From NCBI GenBank assembly GCA_043228905.1, contig JBHGNT010000007.1, positions 5,146,001 to 5,210,000 on the forward strand: a DNA stretch of 64,000 bases, given 5' to 3'. This document shows positions 52,101-64,000 of the stretch, piece after piece. The notes beneath the pieces were generated by a model, which saw only the letters and a program-made list of their open reading frames with translations, was not told the origin of the DNA and searched no databases. This DNA is from Azolla caroliniana. Taxonomy: Eukaryota; Plantae; Polypodiophyta. The translations under genes and the position numbers were made by a program. Positions within the stretch are counted from its first letter, which is position 1. Each line of letters opens with the position of its first letter.

Positions 52101-53365
52101 TCAACATAAGACGACCGAACACATAAGGGAAGGACGAGAACAAACAATTTATTTCATACTTTTAAGGGTAAAGACATATAGTTAAGACAAATGTGAGCAA
52201 ACATACACGAGATAGGTTACAAATAGGGTTGTAAAGCAAGTATTGGCATGATTAAGTTAAATAACACGTGCTTTTACAAATAGTCATTTGATTCTATTAC
52301 AACGAAAACGAAATGATTGAACAAAAAAGGTGAGTCTAGCGAGCCGCTAGGACCGCGACTATCACCGTTGGCTATGGCGCCCGAACAACAGCGTAGTGTT
52401 CTGTGCCGCGTCAACCTTCCTCCAACGTGTGCAAGGTAGTTGATTCCTTTCTTCAAATCGTCGACGTGTAGCTCTCATTACCACAGGTAAGATGGCCAAA
52501 CCTCTGAAACATTCGTAAATAGTTGAATCCTAAGTCAAGAAGAAGAAGCACAAAGAAGCTCCCAAACCCTAACCTTGGAAAAAGAGGTACTAACAAGAAA
52601 AGAGAGGCACCCCAACCCCAAGCAAGAAGAAGAAGAAAGCACCTCAAACCCTAACCAAGAGGAAGAAGAAGATCGAAAGCCTAAGTGGCGCACTCCTCTC
52701 TATCAAAATGAGTGACTCCCAAATGAGCCCTCTCCTTTCCTTTTTATAGATGAAAGAGGCACCTATTTTATCATTAGACGGTCGAAGGAAAAGAAAACCT
52801 CATGTGTTCGGTCAAAGAAGAGTTTGGACGATCTGAATCAAGCTCCCAAACATTAGTACAAGAAATTTGACTCATTCATGTTCGACAACGGGTATAGCAG
52901 GGCTAGCTGAAATCATTGTGTTCTTGAAGGAATCCTCTAATGTCGATATCGTCAAATTCTACCTTGTATGTAGGTGATATGTTGATTGTTGTTCAAGATA
53001 CCAAGAAGATTGAGAAACTGAGAAAGAGATCTCAACAATACTAAATTTGCTATGAATGATGTGGGACTAGCTATGCAAATCCTTAGAATGAAGATAAATC
53101 ATGGACAAGGCAAACAGAAAACTTTGGTTATTGCAAGAAAAATACATTGAAAAAGTTCTTGAGATATTCAACATGGTCGTGTTAAGGCAGTCAACACTCC
53201 AGTTGCAAATCACTTTAAACTTAGTTCTAAACAATGTCCTACAAATGAGAAAAGGCAAGGAGATATGAAAAAGATAATGTATGCTCTTCTATAGTTGGAT
53301 GTTTTTATGTAAGTTATGGTGTGCACGAGGCTTAACATTGTTCATGCAGTTGGTGTGGTAATTTG
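49145..53365 (+). mobile_element. Old Ty1/copia element E (LTR remnant, PBS ~49991, gag-protease, RT) with internal insertion/deletion
   Basis: tggtattagagtc PBS variant; decayed gag like copia B; WIIDSGAS at ~50893; RT YKKFDSFM and LYVGDML at 52857-52985. Confidence 0.75.
51280..52140. repeat. ~120-bp tandem array (~7 copies) within an insertion spanning ~51065-52855
   Basis: cacacacgaatgtctgaacacctttatgaggagaggtgcatgggcacacccgaaacgctccctcgtcacaagacgaccgaac repeated. Confidence 0.9.
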
Positions 53366-53369
53366 TAGC

Positions 53370-55560
53370 AGAAAATGGGATGTGATGACTTGCAATGATT
53401 GAAGCCACGTGCATGGTTGTCGTGATAACAATTTGATATTGCACATCATCTCCACCAATGTGAAATACGTGGAATGGGACTAACTTTAGTCTTCTTCATT
53501 GGGCGATTATGTTTATATTATTTGTGATTTTATTAGACAGTGGCATGTTGCAACTTCTTGGCTTTGCCGTTAGTGTTTCTTGGTTAAGCTGGTGTTGCTC
53601 AATTGAGGTACATTCCTAAAGCCGATTCAGGTTAAGTAGACTCAAGTTGAGTCACCTACTTCACAATGTGATAGAAAAACGTACCATGGAAAAACTTCAA
53701 TATTATGCATGTTATAGACTTCATGGTATTTTTTTCCCCAAAATAGAATATACTCCATTAGTTAAAATATACGCAAACTCGATCCCTTTCTCAGGTAGGT
53801 TGTGCCAAGACTATCCTATCCTACATAAGAGATCTCGCTTATTTATCTTACACTTCCACATATGTCTCTAGCCATTCTTTCATACGCATCACCTACATTC
53901 ACTATCCCATCATTGTTTGTGAACGTGCTAAAAGGAAAACCCCAAGGTACCTAAAAGTGATTGACCATTTGTACATGTTTAACCTTGACACTAAACAAAA
54001 TAGGATTATGATTCAATACTTACGACTTGTTCCACTTTGCATACATTCACATGTAGATAGATAATTAAACTTTTTGTAAAGTAGCAATTATAACAATATT
54101 ATGAATCTAGTTCATTTATAGACTTAATCATTCTTCAATGTTGTCAATGTAAGTTGTAATATAAATTATAATAGATATTTTCACAAACAAGGTTGACCTT
54201 TGTGATGTTATACATGCCAATAGATTATGGTGATTCCTAAGTAATATGGGATAATATCGACAAAAAGAGAATATGATTCTAGTGTTTGAGTTGATATGGC
54301 ATAATTTCCTATGATTATTATTTTCTTTGCAATTTGCAATTCAAAACATGTTAAGGTGGTGCATATTGTATTCAGAACTAGAACATAAAATTATAACCTA
54401 AATCATCTTTTCATGATTTCTTTATAAAAGAAAAATATTGTTCTCCTCAACTATTGTAAAATACAAACGCCAGAGACTTCAACAATGTTGATCTTAATGT
54501 CGCTTGTACACTTTCTTTGAACTATATTAAATTCAAGTTTTGTACGACTCGTGGCCTTAACCCTTATTTATAGTCTAAGACCACTCATTCAAGCTGATGA
54601 TGAGGATTCCATTACAATGTCGGCTTTAGTTGAAATCGTCATGGAATGCTCATTAATCAACCAGTGATTATCCAAAGGTTTGTATATTTAATCATAAGCA
54701 GTAAATAATGAGGTACAACTCACATCTCCTTTCTCCGGTCATTATAACATGGTAATGATTATATGTATGGCATATGAATGGTTGGTCACCTTTGAATGTC
54801 CTTTATTATGTCGCCAAAAGATGTTTTCTTTCACGATTTCGTGGTCTTATGAGATTTTGACATCCTCTCAAATATCAAATTAATAAACTTGGGAAAATGT
54901 GTAACAATGATAGTTTCAATGAATGGGTTTAGCAGTGCCATTACATAGAAACATAATATAATTTGAGATGTGTCGGGGATTATGTCAATGTCTTTTACAT
55001 CTAAGGTCTCAAAACGATCGAATAAGGATTAATCGATTTCGACCATTGCTTTTTCCTTACCCGCATGTTGAATAGCACCATCTTGTGAGAAGTATCCTTT
55101 TATATTTCTTGGAAAGATAACATTAAAGTGTTATATTTGTGCCAATATGTCAATTTTAGATGAGCTATCACTTAAGTGCACTCATAACATGACATTTTGA
55201 ACCATAGTGACCTATGTATAAGTGCACTAAGGCGAATTTCAAAGGCTATCAAGAATGTTGGGGGCATCTAACCATAGCATGTTGTTATTTAAACCTTTGA
55301 GAATGATAGAGGCTAAACCAAGGATTGAGTTTGAGATTGGATTGATATGACGGTTTTAAAAATGTGCTATTGTGACAAATGTAAGTGCCAAAGAAGATAC
55401 TAAATGCTAATGAACAAAGTGTTGCATCTATAATTTGCAAATATAATGGAAAACAAACATTGCCATTACAATTGTATGTTTCACCAACACCATATGGTGT
55501 ATTTAAGTATCCTTTATAATGTCCAATGATAATGTTGGGCTAAGTTCTAAATCAAAAGTT
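53370..55560 (+). mobile_element. Highly decayed DNA transposase remnant (hAT/DUF659-like)
   Basis: Only scattered motif-like fragments; no open frame. Confidence 0.25.
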
Positions 55561-56387
55561 TAAAATGATGATGTTGTGGGTTGAAACCTATTAGTCCAAT
55601 ATTTATTTGAATATATTTCACATGTTTGCATGTGCCCTTAGAATATGAAAATGACGATAGCCTTGTATTACTCTCCTTTGGTACAACATAGAATTGCATG
55701 TTCTCTTGATGTTTGTATGTGTTTGCAACCTCTTCCGCGTGTCTTTAACATGTGTTTGTGTGGCAAGGGTGCATGCCACCATAATATGAACTTACAATTG
55801 GGAAAAATCCATGGTAATTTCATTCTTTCAATCCAAGTATGTTGACACATCAATGTATATGATGTCTTGTATCTCCTAAAGATGCTTCCACCAAAAACTT
55901 AGACACAAACATTTTGGACAAATTCCCTTGTGCTAGTTTGATTTATGGTTCCCTAGTCTTGAGCTTTTGTACAACTTAGCTAGGTGGGGACGGAGGCCAA
56001 GGGATGTCAACCTACAATTTCCATCACAAACCTAGCTAAATGTGACAAGAACTGAAAATTTTCCTTGCATTGAAAAAATGGGTTATTTAATTTATATAAT
56101 TTACCACACATCATGATGTTTGTTGTCCCCTAAGCATGCCAAGTTAAGGATGTCATGAGAGCCTTTTCTCAAGCTAGATGTATAGTGCCTCACTTGATAA
56201 GATTTCTTAGTGTTAAAGCCACAAGTGGGAAAGAGTTTAAATGTATAATATTGAGGGTGAGAGAGTGGACAGGGTCTAAAGGTAAACATAAACAAATGAT
56301 GTGTATGAAAAGTGAGGGGAGGTGGAAGGAGGATTGATGCTAATCCACGTGGATGGCTAAGACATGAAAGACACTTTGATGGTTAGG

Positions 56388-56395
56388 TATAAATA
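56388..56395 (+). promoter_or_regulatory. TATA box of the amino acid permease gene
   Basis: tataaata ~160 bp upstream of the ATG; G-box ccacgtgg at ~56345. Confidence 0.6.
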
Positions 56396-56430
56396 CAAAC
56401 CAACACCAACAAAGCAATGAAAACCCAACA

Positions 56431-56432
<2 letters not shown>

Positions 56433-56484
<52 letters not shown>
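56433..56484. repeat. (GA)n microsatellite in the AAP 5' UTR
   Basis: ~25 perfect GA units. Confidence 0.95.
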
Positions 56485-56487
<3 letters not shown>

Positions 56488-56545
56488 GGGTGTGTATTCT
56501 AAGTGTAAGTTAATTAGTGGTAGAAGTTGTTGCAAGGAGAACTTT

Positions 56546-59500
56546 ATGGAAGTAAATATGGAAAGTGGAATGTTAAAGGAGAATTATATCAATGTGAAAA
56601 ACGTCCCGCCAACTATAGCATGGGGAGAAGCATTGGATGAGGACGGGCGACCAAAGAGGAAGGGGGGGTTTTGGGAAGCCACCGCCCACATTGTAACGGC
56701 AGTAATAGGGTCAGGTGTGCTTTCATTGGCATGGAGCATGGCGAAGTTAGGGTGGGTCATTGGCCCCTTTGCACTCCTCGTGTTTGCCCTCATCACCTTC
56801 TACACATCCCTTCTATTGGCGGATTGTTATCGTTGCGGAACCAATCGGAACTACACTTACATGGATGCCGTTCGCGCTTATTTGGGTGGGTAACTTTACC
56901 ACGTCCCTTCTATGATTCACTTACACACACATACAAATCCACACATTACAATATTAGCTTTTCTAAATTCCCTAGCACAAGTCTTTATATCATCTACAAT
57001 GCTTGTAATGTGTTAATGAACCTAAACTTACTAGTGATATTCATTGCCAAAGGGGTAAAGGTAGCCATGTTTACATCATGTGAAGTCAACATTTGACAAG
57101 AAGCCCATTTTGTGCTCCTAGAGAAGAGAAACGTTGTTCCTAAAAAACATCTCCCTAGAAAGAGAGGTTAGGTCAAATGGCCTTTTAGTTCACACAAAGT
57201 GCACAGTAGGGGATATCAACCTATGACAAAAAGGTGCAATAGCAATATACATATCAATATGTCATCTTTGACCTCATCTAATTATTGATACCTTTAGCCT
57301 ACCTAGATATAGTGTCTATGTGTTTGATGCATATGTGTGTGCCACCCTTCTCATGCATAGTTTATAAACACAATGCAATTGACAATGGACATATAGAAGC
57401 TCCAAATGTCATATTTCCCTTGGAATAACCTTAGTCTGAGGCATATTTTTAGACAAATACATTAATCAAAATCTAAAAAAATTATAATACAAGAATAATA
57501 TGATCATTTTCATATAAGCTTATAAATCTCTAGATAACAAACAAACTCATATAAATACATAAAAACAAGTAAACTAACAAATTGATCCCCCATCTAATTA
57601 TAAATGTGATAGGAGAATACTAGTGATTAAGTGACAAACGCTTTCAATACATCAATATAGTTGAATTTGTCCTTATTTTCTAAGTTTTGGTGAACGAGAG
57701 GAAATTTGTGCCTGAGATGAGTGAAATTTGTTTTTGCTGCAAAACTCGACTTCATCTTTCCTCACAAATAACTAACCATGCATATTGTCATAGTATTAAG
57801 AAGCAAACAATAATATCATAGGTGTAGAAAATTATGTGTAGTTGCATGCTCCCCAACACACGGTCACACATAAATGTGTATATACCATATGAAGTGCGTA
57901 GAGATATTTTACAAATTGTCTTCATTTACACAGGAAGGACACAAACTAATTTATGTGCCATTGTACAATACACAAACTTTGCCGGAGTTGCAATTGGCTA
58001 CACAATCACTGCCTCCATTAGCATGGTGTAAGTGTTATATTCATCAACCTTCCAATAGGACATGATAAAATGATTCATTCTCATATGAGTTATTTTTCTT
58101 TCTTAAAGTGCAATTGTAAGGTCAAATTGCTTCCATAAAGAAGGCCATGATGCACCATGTGATACTTCGACAAATCCTTATATGCTTTTCTTTGGTGGAG
58201 TACAAGTTTTTCTCTCCCAAATCCCAACATTTAGCAAGTTATGGTGGCTCTCCATAGTTGCAGCAGTTATGTCGTTTGCTTACTCTTCAATTGGAGTTGG
58301 ATTGGGAATAGGGAACCTCGTCATTTCAAGTAAATTTCAATATCTTCATCTTTAGAAAAACCTACAAACATTTTAGTCATGACAAACAAAGGAATGTTTC
58401 ATTCACAGATAAGGACCACTTTCATGGTACTCTTGGTGGGATGGTTTATGATAGTGATGGTTTTCAAATGCATGATGTATGGCTTGTCTTCCAAGCCCTT
58501 GGAAACATCGCATTTGCTTACTCATATTCCATGATCCTTATTGAAATCCAGGTATCCTATTTATTCTAGTGGAAAAAATTTTACTTTAATTTATTATAAT
58601 GTTTTCCCACTACCAATTGTTATCATATGGTAGCCTTGTCTTTTATATGAAATATTGATAATTTTGAATACTAATGTTATGTGCACAACTAGCATTACGA
58701 TTATGACATGTTTTAAAGAACTAACTACATTTTCTAGGATACCCTCAAATCAAATCCTTCAGAAAGTGACACCATGAAGAAGGCGAACTTTGTTGGGGTG
58801 TCAACAACAACTCTATTCTATGTACTTTGTGGATGCATTGGTTATGCTGTGTTTGGGGAAAGCGCACCAGGAAACCTTCTTACAGGATTTGGATTCTATG
58901 AACCCTATTGGCTTTTGGACATAGCAAATGCATGTGTTGTTATTCACCTTCTAGGAGCATTCCAGGTTCAATGCTTTATTCTTTTAAACTTCGTCACACT
59001 TTTATGTTGTTTACCCCCAATATTGTCTTTCAAAGTTATATGTTTTATGATTGTTTTAATGCTAATGACATTTTCATGTTTTTTACATCCTCTATACTAG
59101 TTTTAACCTAGCGAGAAAACCTCTCTAATCCCCTTGAGAGTTTCTTTATTTTTCCAACACCACCCATGTTTTCATTTTTTTCCCCAAACAACCCAAATCA
59201 AATGCAAAAAGGACACAAGTTAATCATATATTGCGTAAATACCACAATAAAGTGAAAGGAGATGAATCTCACTACATAATTGCACAACTAGCATATAATG
59301 TTTTTCTTTCAAAGATTGACCAAGAGCACATGAGGAGACAATGAAAACTCAAGGGATTTAGAGAAATAAGGAAAAACACATGGATATTTCAAAGTTTTCC
59401 ACATTAAACAGGGAAATGTGATACTCTACCAGACTACCACTATAGATGGATTAACTAACATCTTTAACCCATGCAAACCTATCTCATCTTTAAAATGCAC

Positions 59501-59968
59501 ATGCCCATTGCTTAGCTATATACTAATGTTTTATTTTATGTTTAGGTATTTTCCCAACCACTATTTGCATTTGTCGAGGATTGGGCAATGAGTGCATTCC
59601 CTAAGAGTGATTTTGTCCAAAAGAACTACATGATAAAGCTACCATTTTCCAAAACAACATTTGAGCTCAATTTGTTGAGGTTGATATGGAGAACAACATT
59701 TGTAATTTGCACCACACTTGTATCCATGCTCCTTCCATTTTTCAACGACATATTGGGGGTACTAGGAGCCTTGGCATTTTGGCCTCTCACAGTTTACTTT
59801 CCTATTGAGATGCACATTTCTCGATGCAAGATACAAAGATGGAGTCGTAAATGGTCGCTTCTACAAGGCCTTAGTCTCTTTTGCCTTTTGATATCCTTAG
59901 CATCTCTTGTTGGATCCATACAAGGTGTAATAGTGGATCTTCAAACATATAAACCCTTCACCTTGTAA
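56546..59968 (+). CDS. AAP: Amino acid permease (AAP/AAAP family); exons 56546-56885, 57934-58027, 58109-58329, 58409-58551, 58738-58965, 59546-59968
   Basis: DEDGRPKRKG..W.ATAHIVTAVIGSGVLSLAW, RSNCFHKEGH, FAYSYSMILIEIQDTLK, APGNLLTGFGFYEPYWL, FWPLTVYFPIEM; GT-AG introns in consistent phase. Confidence 0.96.
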
Positions 59969-62109
59969 AGGACCAAGTTCTCAAACAAACATGAGAATTT
60001 GATGTCATCATTGCTAGGTTATTCAGAAAACCAAAAGCAAGGAAAATGACATCCTATAATATGTATGCATCATAATGCCTACTCATCTCTAATCTCATTT
60101 CTCTTTAACCATAACATGGACTCTCTTTGATAGAACAATCTGTCCAAAAGGGAGTTCCCTATTTTGTTACATTTCCTATTATGACAACCTAGTCACCTTA
60201 ATGGAAAAACCTTTTTAAGACGAGAAAATCCATCACTTACAATTTCATCCTTGTCTTTCGACATTAGTTTAAAACTCTATTGGGTCTCCTTGTGTTTGTA
60301 TCAGTGTTCCATCGAATAGTGAAGCTCAATGTGTCATGTTTGTCTATCACTAGATACGACCTCGCGAAAGCACTATCAAAATACAAAACAACTATACATT
60401 TTGTATCCATATCAAAAAATACAAATCACATCATCGACAATGAAAGTTTGTTTAAAAGGACAATTCACAATTTGTCTAATGGAATTCAAAATCAATAACA
60501 TCACCATTCAAATCATTAGGAAAAATGTGGACTCAGTACTTTAGTCTAGAGAGTGAAGTGCCAACCAACACATTAAGCAATTTAGAAGTGCATTAGTTAG
60601 CTTTCGACCAGTGTTTGATGAGGTTTAGGGTTTATGTTTCTAAATACCCCTAGATAGGTTATAATAAAAAATATGCAAACTATCACTCGAATGAGTGAAA
60701 GAATGGGCATACCTATACAAATAGAAAAGAAAACCTTCTCCAATCTCTTTATAATGAAGTTAGTTGTGACAATTGTACTTGTAAATATATTTAGAGCCAA
60801 AGCAACATCGTCCTTGCTTTTATAGTGGCGACAAATTAAATAATTGAACCCCTTACAATGCAATGATTATCTAAGGTGAAATCAATGAAGTCTTCCTCAA
60901 AAGTTTACATAACGAAACCAAAGAGTAAGGGAAACTCAAAACGAGCATTACCAGTTGTGAGGTTTTGACATGCAATTTGACTCTTAAAGAGTTTTAAAGG
61001 ATTTGATGAATAAACAAAGTACATGACAATGAGGTTTAAGAGAGAGAGAGAAATTGCATATTCCTATATCATTGTGTTAGTTGGTGTCAAGATGCAATCT
61101 TTTCCCTTTTATTTAATCTAATGGAGGATATTGTTCAAGTATAGTATAGTACCCATGAGCTATATCTCCAACTTTGATTAAGGCTTGTCTAGGCTAAATG
61201 GTTTGTGATAAAGTAGGTAAATGTGGGTATTAAATGTCATAGGTAGGTATAATTCCACGATCAAAAGCATGTTTAGAGCTATGAAAGGCTCAATGACATT
61301 GTAGTTGAGTCAATCCTCAATTTGATGTCACATTCCAAAATGAATTCCAATTGTTGACCTAGAGTGCTTGAGAAATGACAGGATTGAGAAACTCATATGT
61401 AGGTTTGTTTTTGGTATTCAAGTTTTCGTCAAAGCACTAATGAGGGCTGATTATGATTGAATTTGGGATACTCTTAGTTTATTCATGCAACCATGTTGTT
61501 TTAGTCAACAATTACGTTTGTTATTTCCCCATGTATTTACCTTTAGACATAATGCATCATGTTTTACAATTTAAAATAAGTAAACATAATGTTAAGGGGA
61601 GAAGATTGTGCTCTACAAATCAAGAACATCGGTTAAGTCTTGAATAGGGGCTAGATGTTGCATGCATTATAAGAACTCAACTTCATTTATCTTTTCAAAA
61701 AGCATTGCTTACAAATTCATGATCAAATTTCGTCATGATCTCCTAAGGAATGCTTAGCTCAAAACAGTCCATTCACTATGAATAAACCATCAAGGTTCAT
61801 ATTGTTTCATAAGAAGAACTGAACCATGGTATCTATTTTCAAAAGAAATTGCTGATAAATTCAAAGTCATATTCTCATAAGAAATGCTTAGTTCAAAACA
61901 ATGCATGCTCTACAAATGCATAAACCATCAAGGATTATATTGTGTGTTAACATGTGATTCTCCATAGAATTATACATGTATTAATCATTTACCTATAAGA
62001 TCTACGTGAAAAAAAAAAAACAAATAATGTTGGTTTCCACAATTCAACTCCCTCAAAGATGAAAGCCCATTATTTCTCCTTTGAGAAGAAGACTAATACT
62101 TTGTCTCCA

Positions 62110-62400
62110 TGATACAATGATTGTTGTGTGTTACAGATGTGGATCCTCATTACATGTGGATATGAATCAAGGAAAGGCATCTTAGACCCATGTATAGCAA
62201 TTTGCTACTTTCCACCTACCTACTCAAGAATTCACCATATCTACTATTATACAATGACATCATAAGATTTTCTAGTATAGGGCATACAATGCTATCAGAA
62301 GACTTCGATGCAAGAATAAATGATGAACAAAGAACCATGTTTGACACAAGCAAGGGCATGTATGGAGAAGTTACGGCTGAGATTGAATAAGCATCTTCTG
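62110..62400 (+). mobile_element. LINE endonuclease remnant
   Basis: CYFP..., YNDII...MLSEDFDARI (GDFNAR-like motif). Confidence 0.55.
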
Positions 62401-62834
62401 TTTGCTTTCTTGATCAAAAATAATTCAGACACATTACCCCACCCAAATAGAATCCTTAATTGTTTTGGAAGATAAATTTGATTCCACAAAAAACATAGTC
62501 TCTTGTTATAAATTCTACAAGAAGATGGGGAAAGTCTCAATTGACGCTAAAGGTATTGCAATATTGGGACTTACCCATCACATCATTATATCCACAAGGT
62601 TATAAAAGAATTTCCTATTATATCCCAACACTCTTGCTTACAATAGAATGGTCGACCTCCTCTACAAGAATATAACTTACCAAAATTGCCAAAAATATAG
62701 TGCCATTGTTGGCTAAGCTTCTAAAATCTTTTTATTAGTGTCTAAAAATGGGTATATAGCGAAACCTGTACACTCCATTGAAAATAACCCGAGGGAAACT
62801 AATAATATAAAAATGATAAGTGCACAAAATACTT

Positions 62835-63178
62835 TTAGCTCATGACAGTTGAGTCTACTTTTCGACGCTTTGTTTCAGTCTCTCTTCCAACATGAGGATC
62901 ATGTTCAATATCAGCATTTGCTTCATTCTCAACATCACTTTCCATCATCTTCTCAGTCTCCTTTTCACACTCCATGGAAGTATTATCACCATCTACTACT
63001 TTAGGTGAGTGAGTACCATTCAGTTTCATATCACCATGTGAAGGTGTGTGTTTGCTTGTGATGCGTCGGCCAGCTCTTGGCTTAGGTCCCCAGCATTCTT
63101 CTGGATTGGGAAGAAATCTTGCAACACCTTTTTCCCGTGCCTTGCTTAAGGCACAATTCACTTTCGAGAAATTTGCCT
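62835..63178 (-). CDS. Possible terminal exon of an unidentified gene extending beyond the window
   Basis: Open frame of ~114 codons after a tttcag acceptor at ~63178; ends with basic KRRK (NLS-like) and TAA. Confidence 0.35.
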
Positions 63179-64000
63179 GAAAATAAATCTCTCTCTCTCT
63201 CTCAAGAAGCTATCATGTACTGAAAACAATATTCTTATAGTCACTTTTTATCTTATTTACTTCTTTTGCTTTTATTTAAGTAACATTTATTTTGATTTGT
63301 TCTCAAAGAGAACAATACTTGAAATGCAATATCTCACTCACTTCTCTCTCAATTATCTTTCCCCAGTGGGCCCTTGTCAAACTACTAGCACTATGTCTCG
63401 GGTTCGAAACCCCACTATCTCATCTCTCTACTACATACATATTCTCTTAATTTACTAGATGCCACTGTGGAATGTACAGCTTGAACCCATGGCATCATCT
63501 CTCTCTCTCTCCCTCCCTCACCCAGTATGACTTGTCAGACAGGCATGATAATGTCCACCAAGAAAGGTGAGCACATGTGTCATGCATTATTTTCACATCA
63601 AAAGTCTTTACTAGAGTATAAGCCCCCTTTTTAGCAAGGAGCACATGAACGACAATATGTTGATTTGGTTCCATAGGTCAAATTTGGCCTCACCATGGAA
63701 GTTAAAACATCTATTCTCTCTTTCTATAGTAGTAAGCCAGGTTTTTAATAACCCATACACCCAGGGCAAAATCTCACAATATATGCGCTACTTTCTGCAA
63801 TGCCACCACAAAATGTAGAGCTTGAATGCATGACCTTCTAGTCTCCAGTGTAGAACCATAATGAATGAGTGAGAACCATCTAAGGCTCCTTCATGCTGTC
63901 CATTTTAACACAAAAGAAAGCATAACATAGATGGGGAGAATCTCTGAGATGTGGATTATGTTACATAATAATGCATGCAAACATTTCAACCACCCCATAG

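Noticed and set aside
51280-52140. Many overlapping ORFs / possible repeat protein or CRISPR-like array
   Set aside because: ORFs arise from a stop-poor tandem repeat; unit lengths vary and break the frame.
63375-63420. tRNA gene suggested by gggttcgaaaccc
   Set aside because: Only a B-box/T-loop is present; no acceptor stem or D-arm could be built. At most a SINE remnant.

Overview
Eukaryotic, AT-rich, repeat-dense land-plant genomic DNA. A fern or other non-seed vascular plant is likely, inferred from the PPR motif style and a Tcn1/Tf1-like self-priming LTR element. The first ~33 kb is a deep nest of transposons: an L1-type LINE, at least four Ty1/copia elements, a non-chromovirus Ty3/gypsy, an hAT-type element carrying a captured PPR fragment, several solo LTRs and a non-autonomous LTR element. 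The rest holds three intact host genes: an intronless LEA_2/NHL gene (-), a 4-exon CRR3-like chloroplast NDH gene (-) and a 6-exon amino acid permease (+). MITEs, foldback elements, minisatellites and more decayed TEs lie between them. The most unusual signals come from one LTR family at 21.7-27.5 kb. It includes a non-coding element whose primer site is an 11-nt complement of its own predicted transcript 5' end, a U3-U3 hairpin copy with its own 5-bp TSD, and an inversion that can be read from an inverted TSD. All family assignments are from motif recognition, not database searches.
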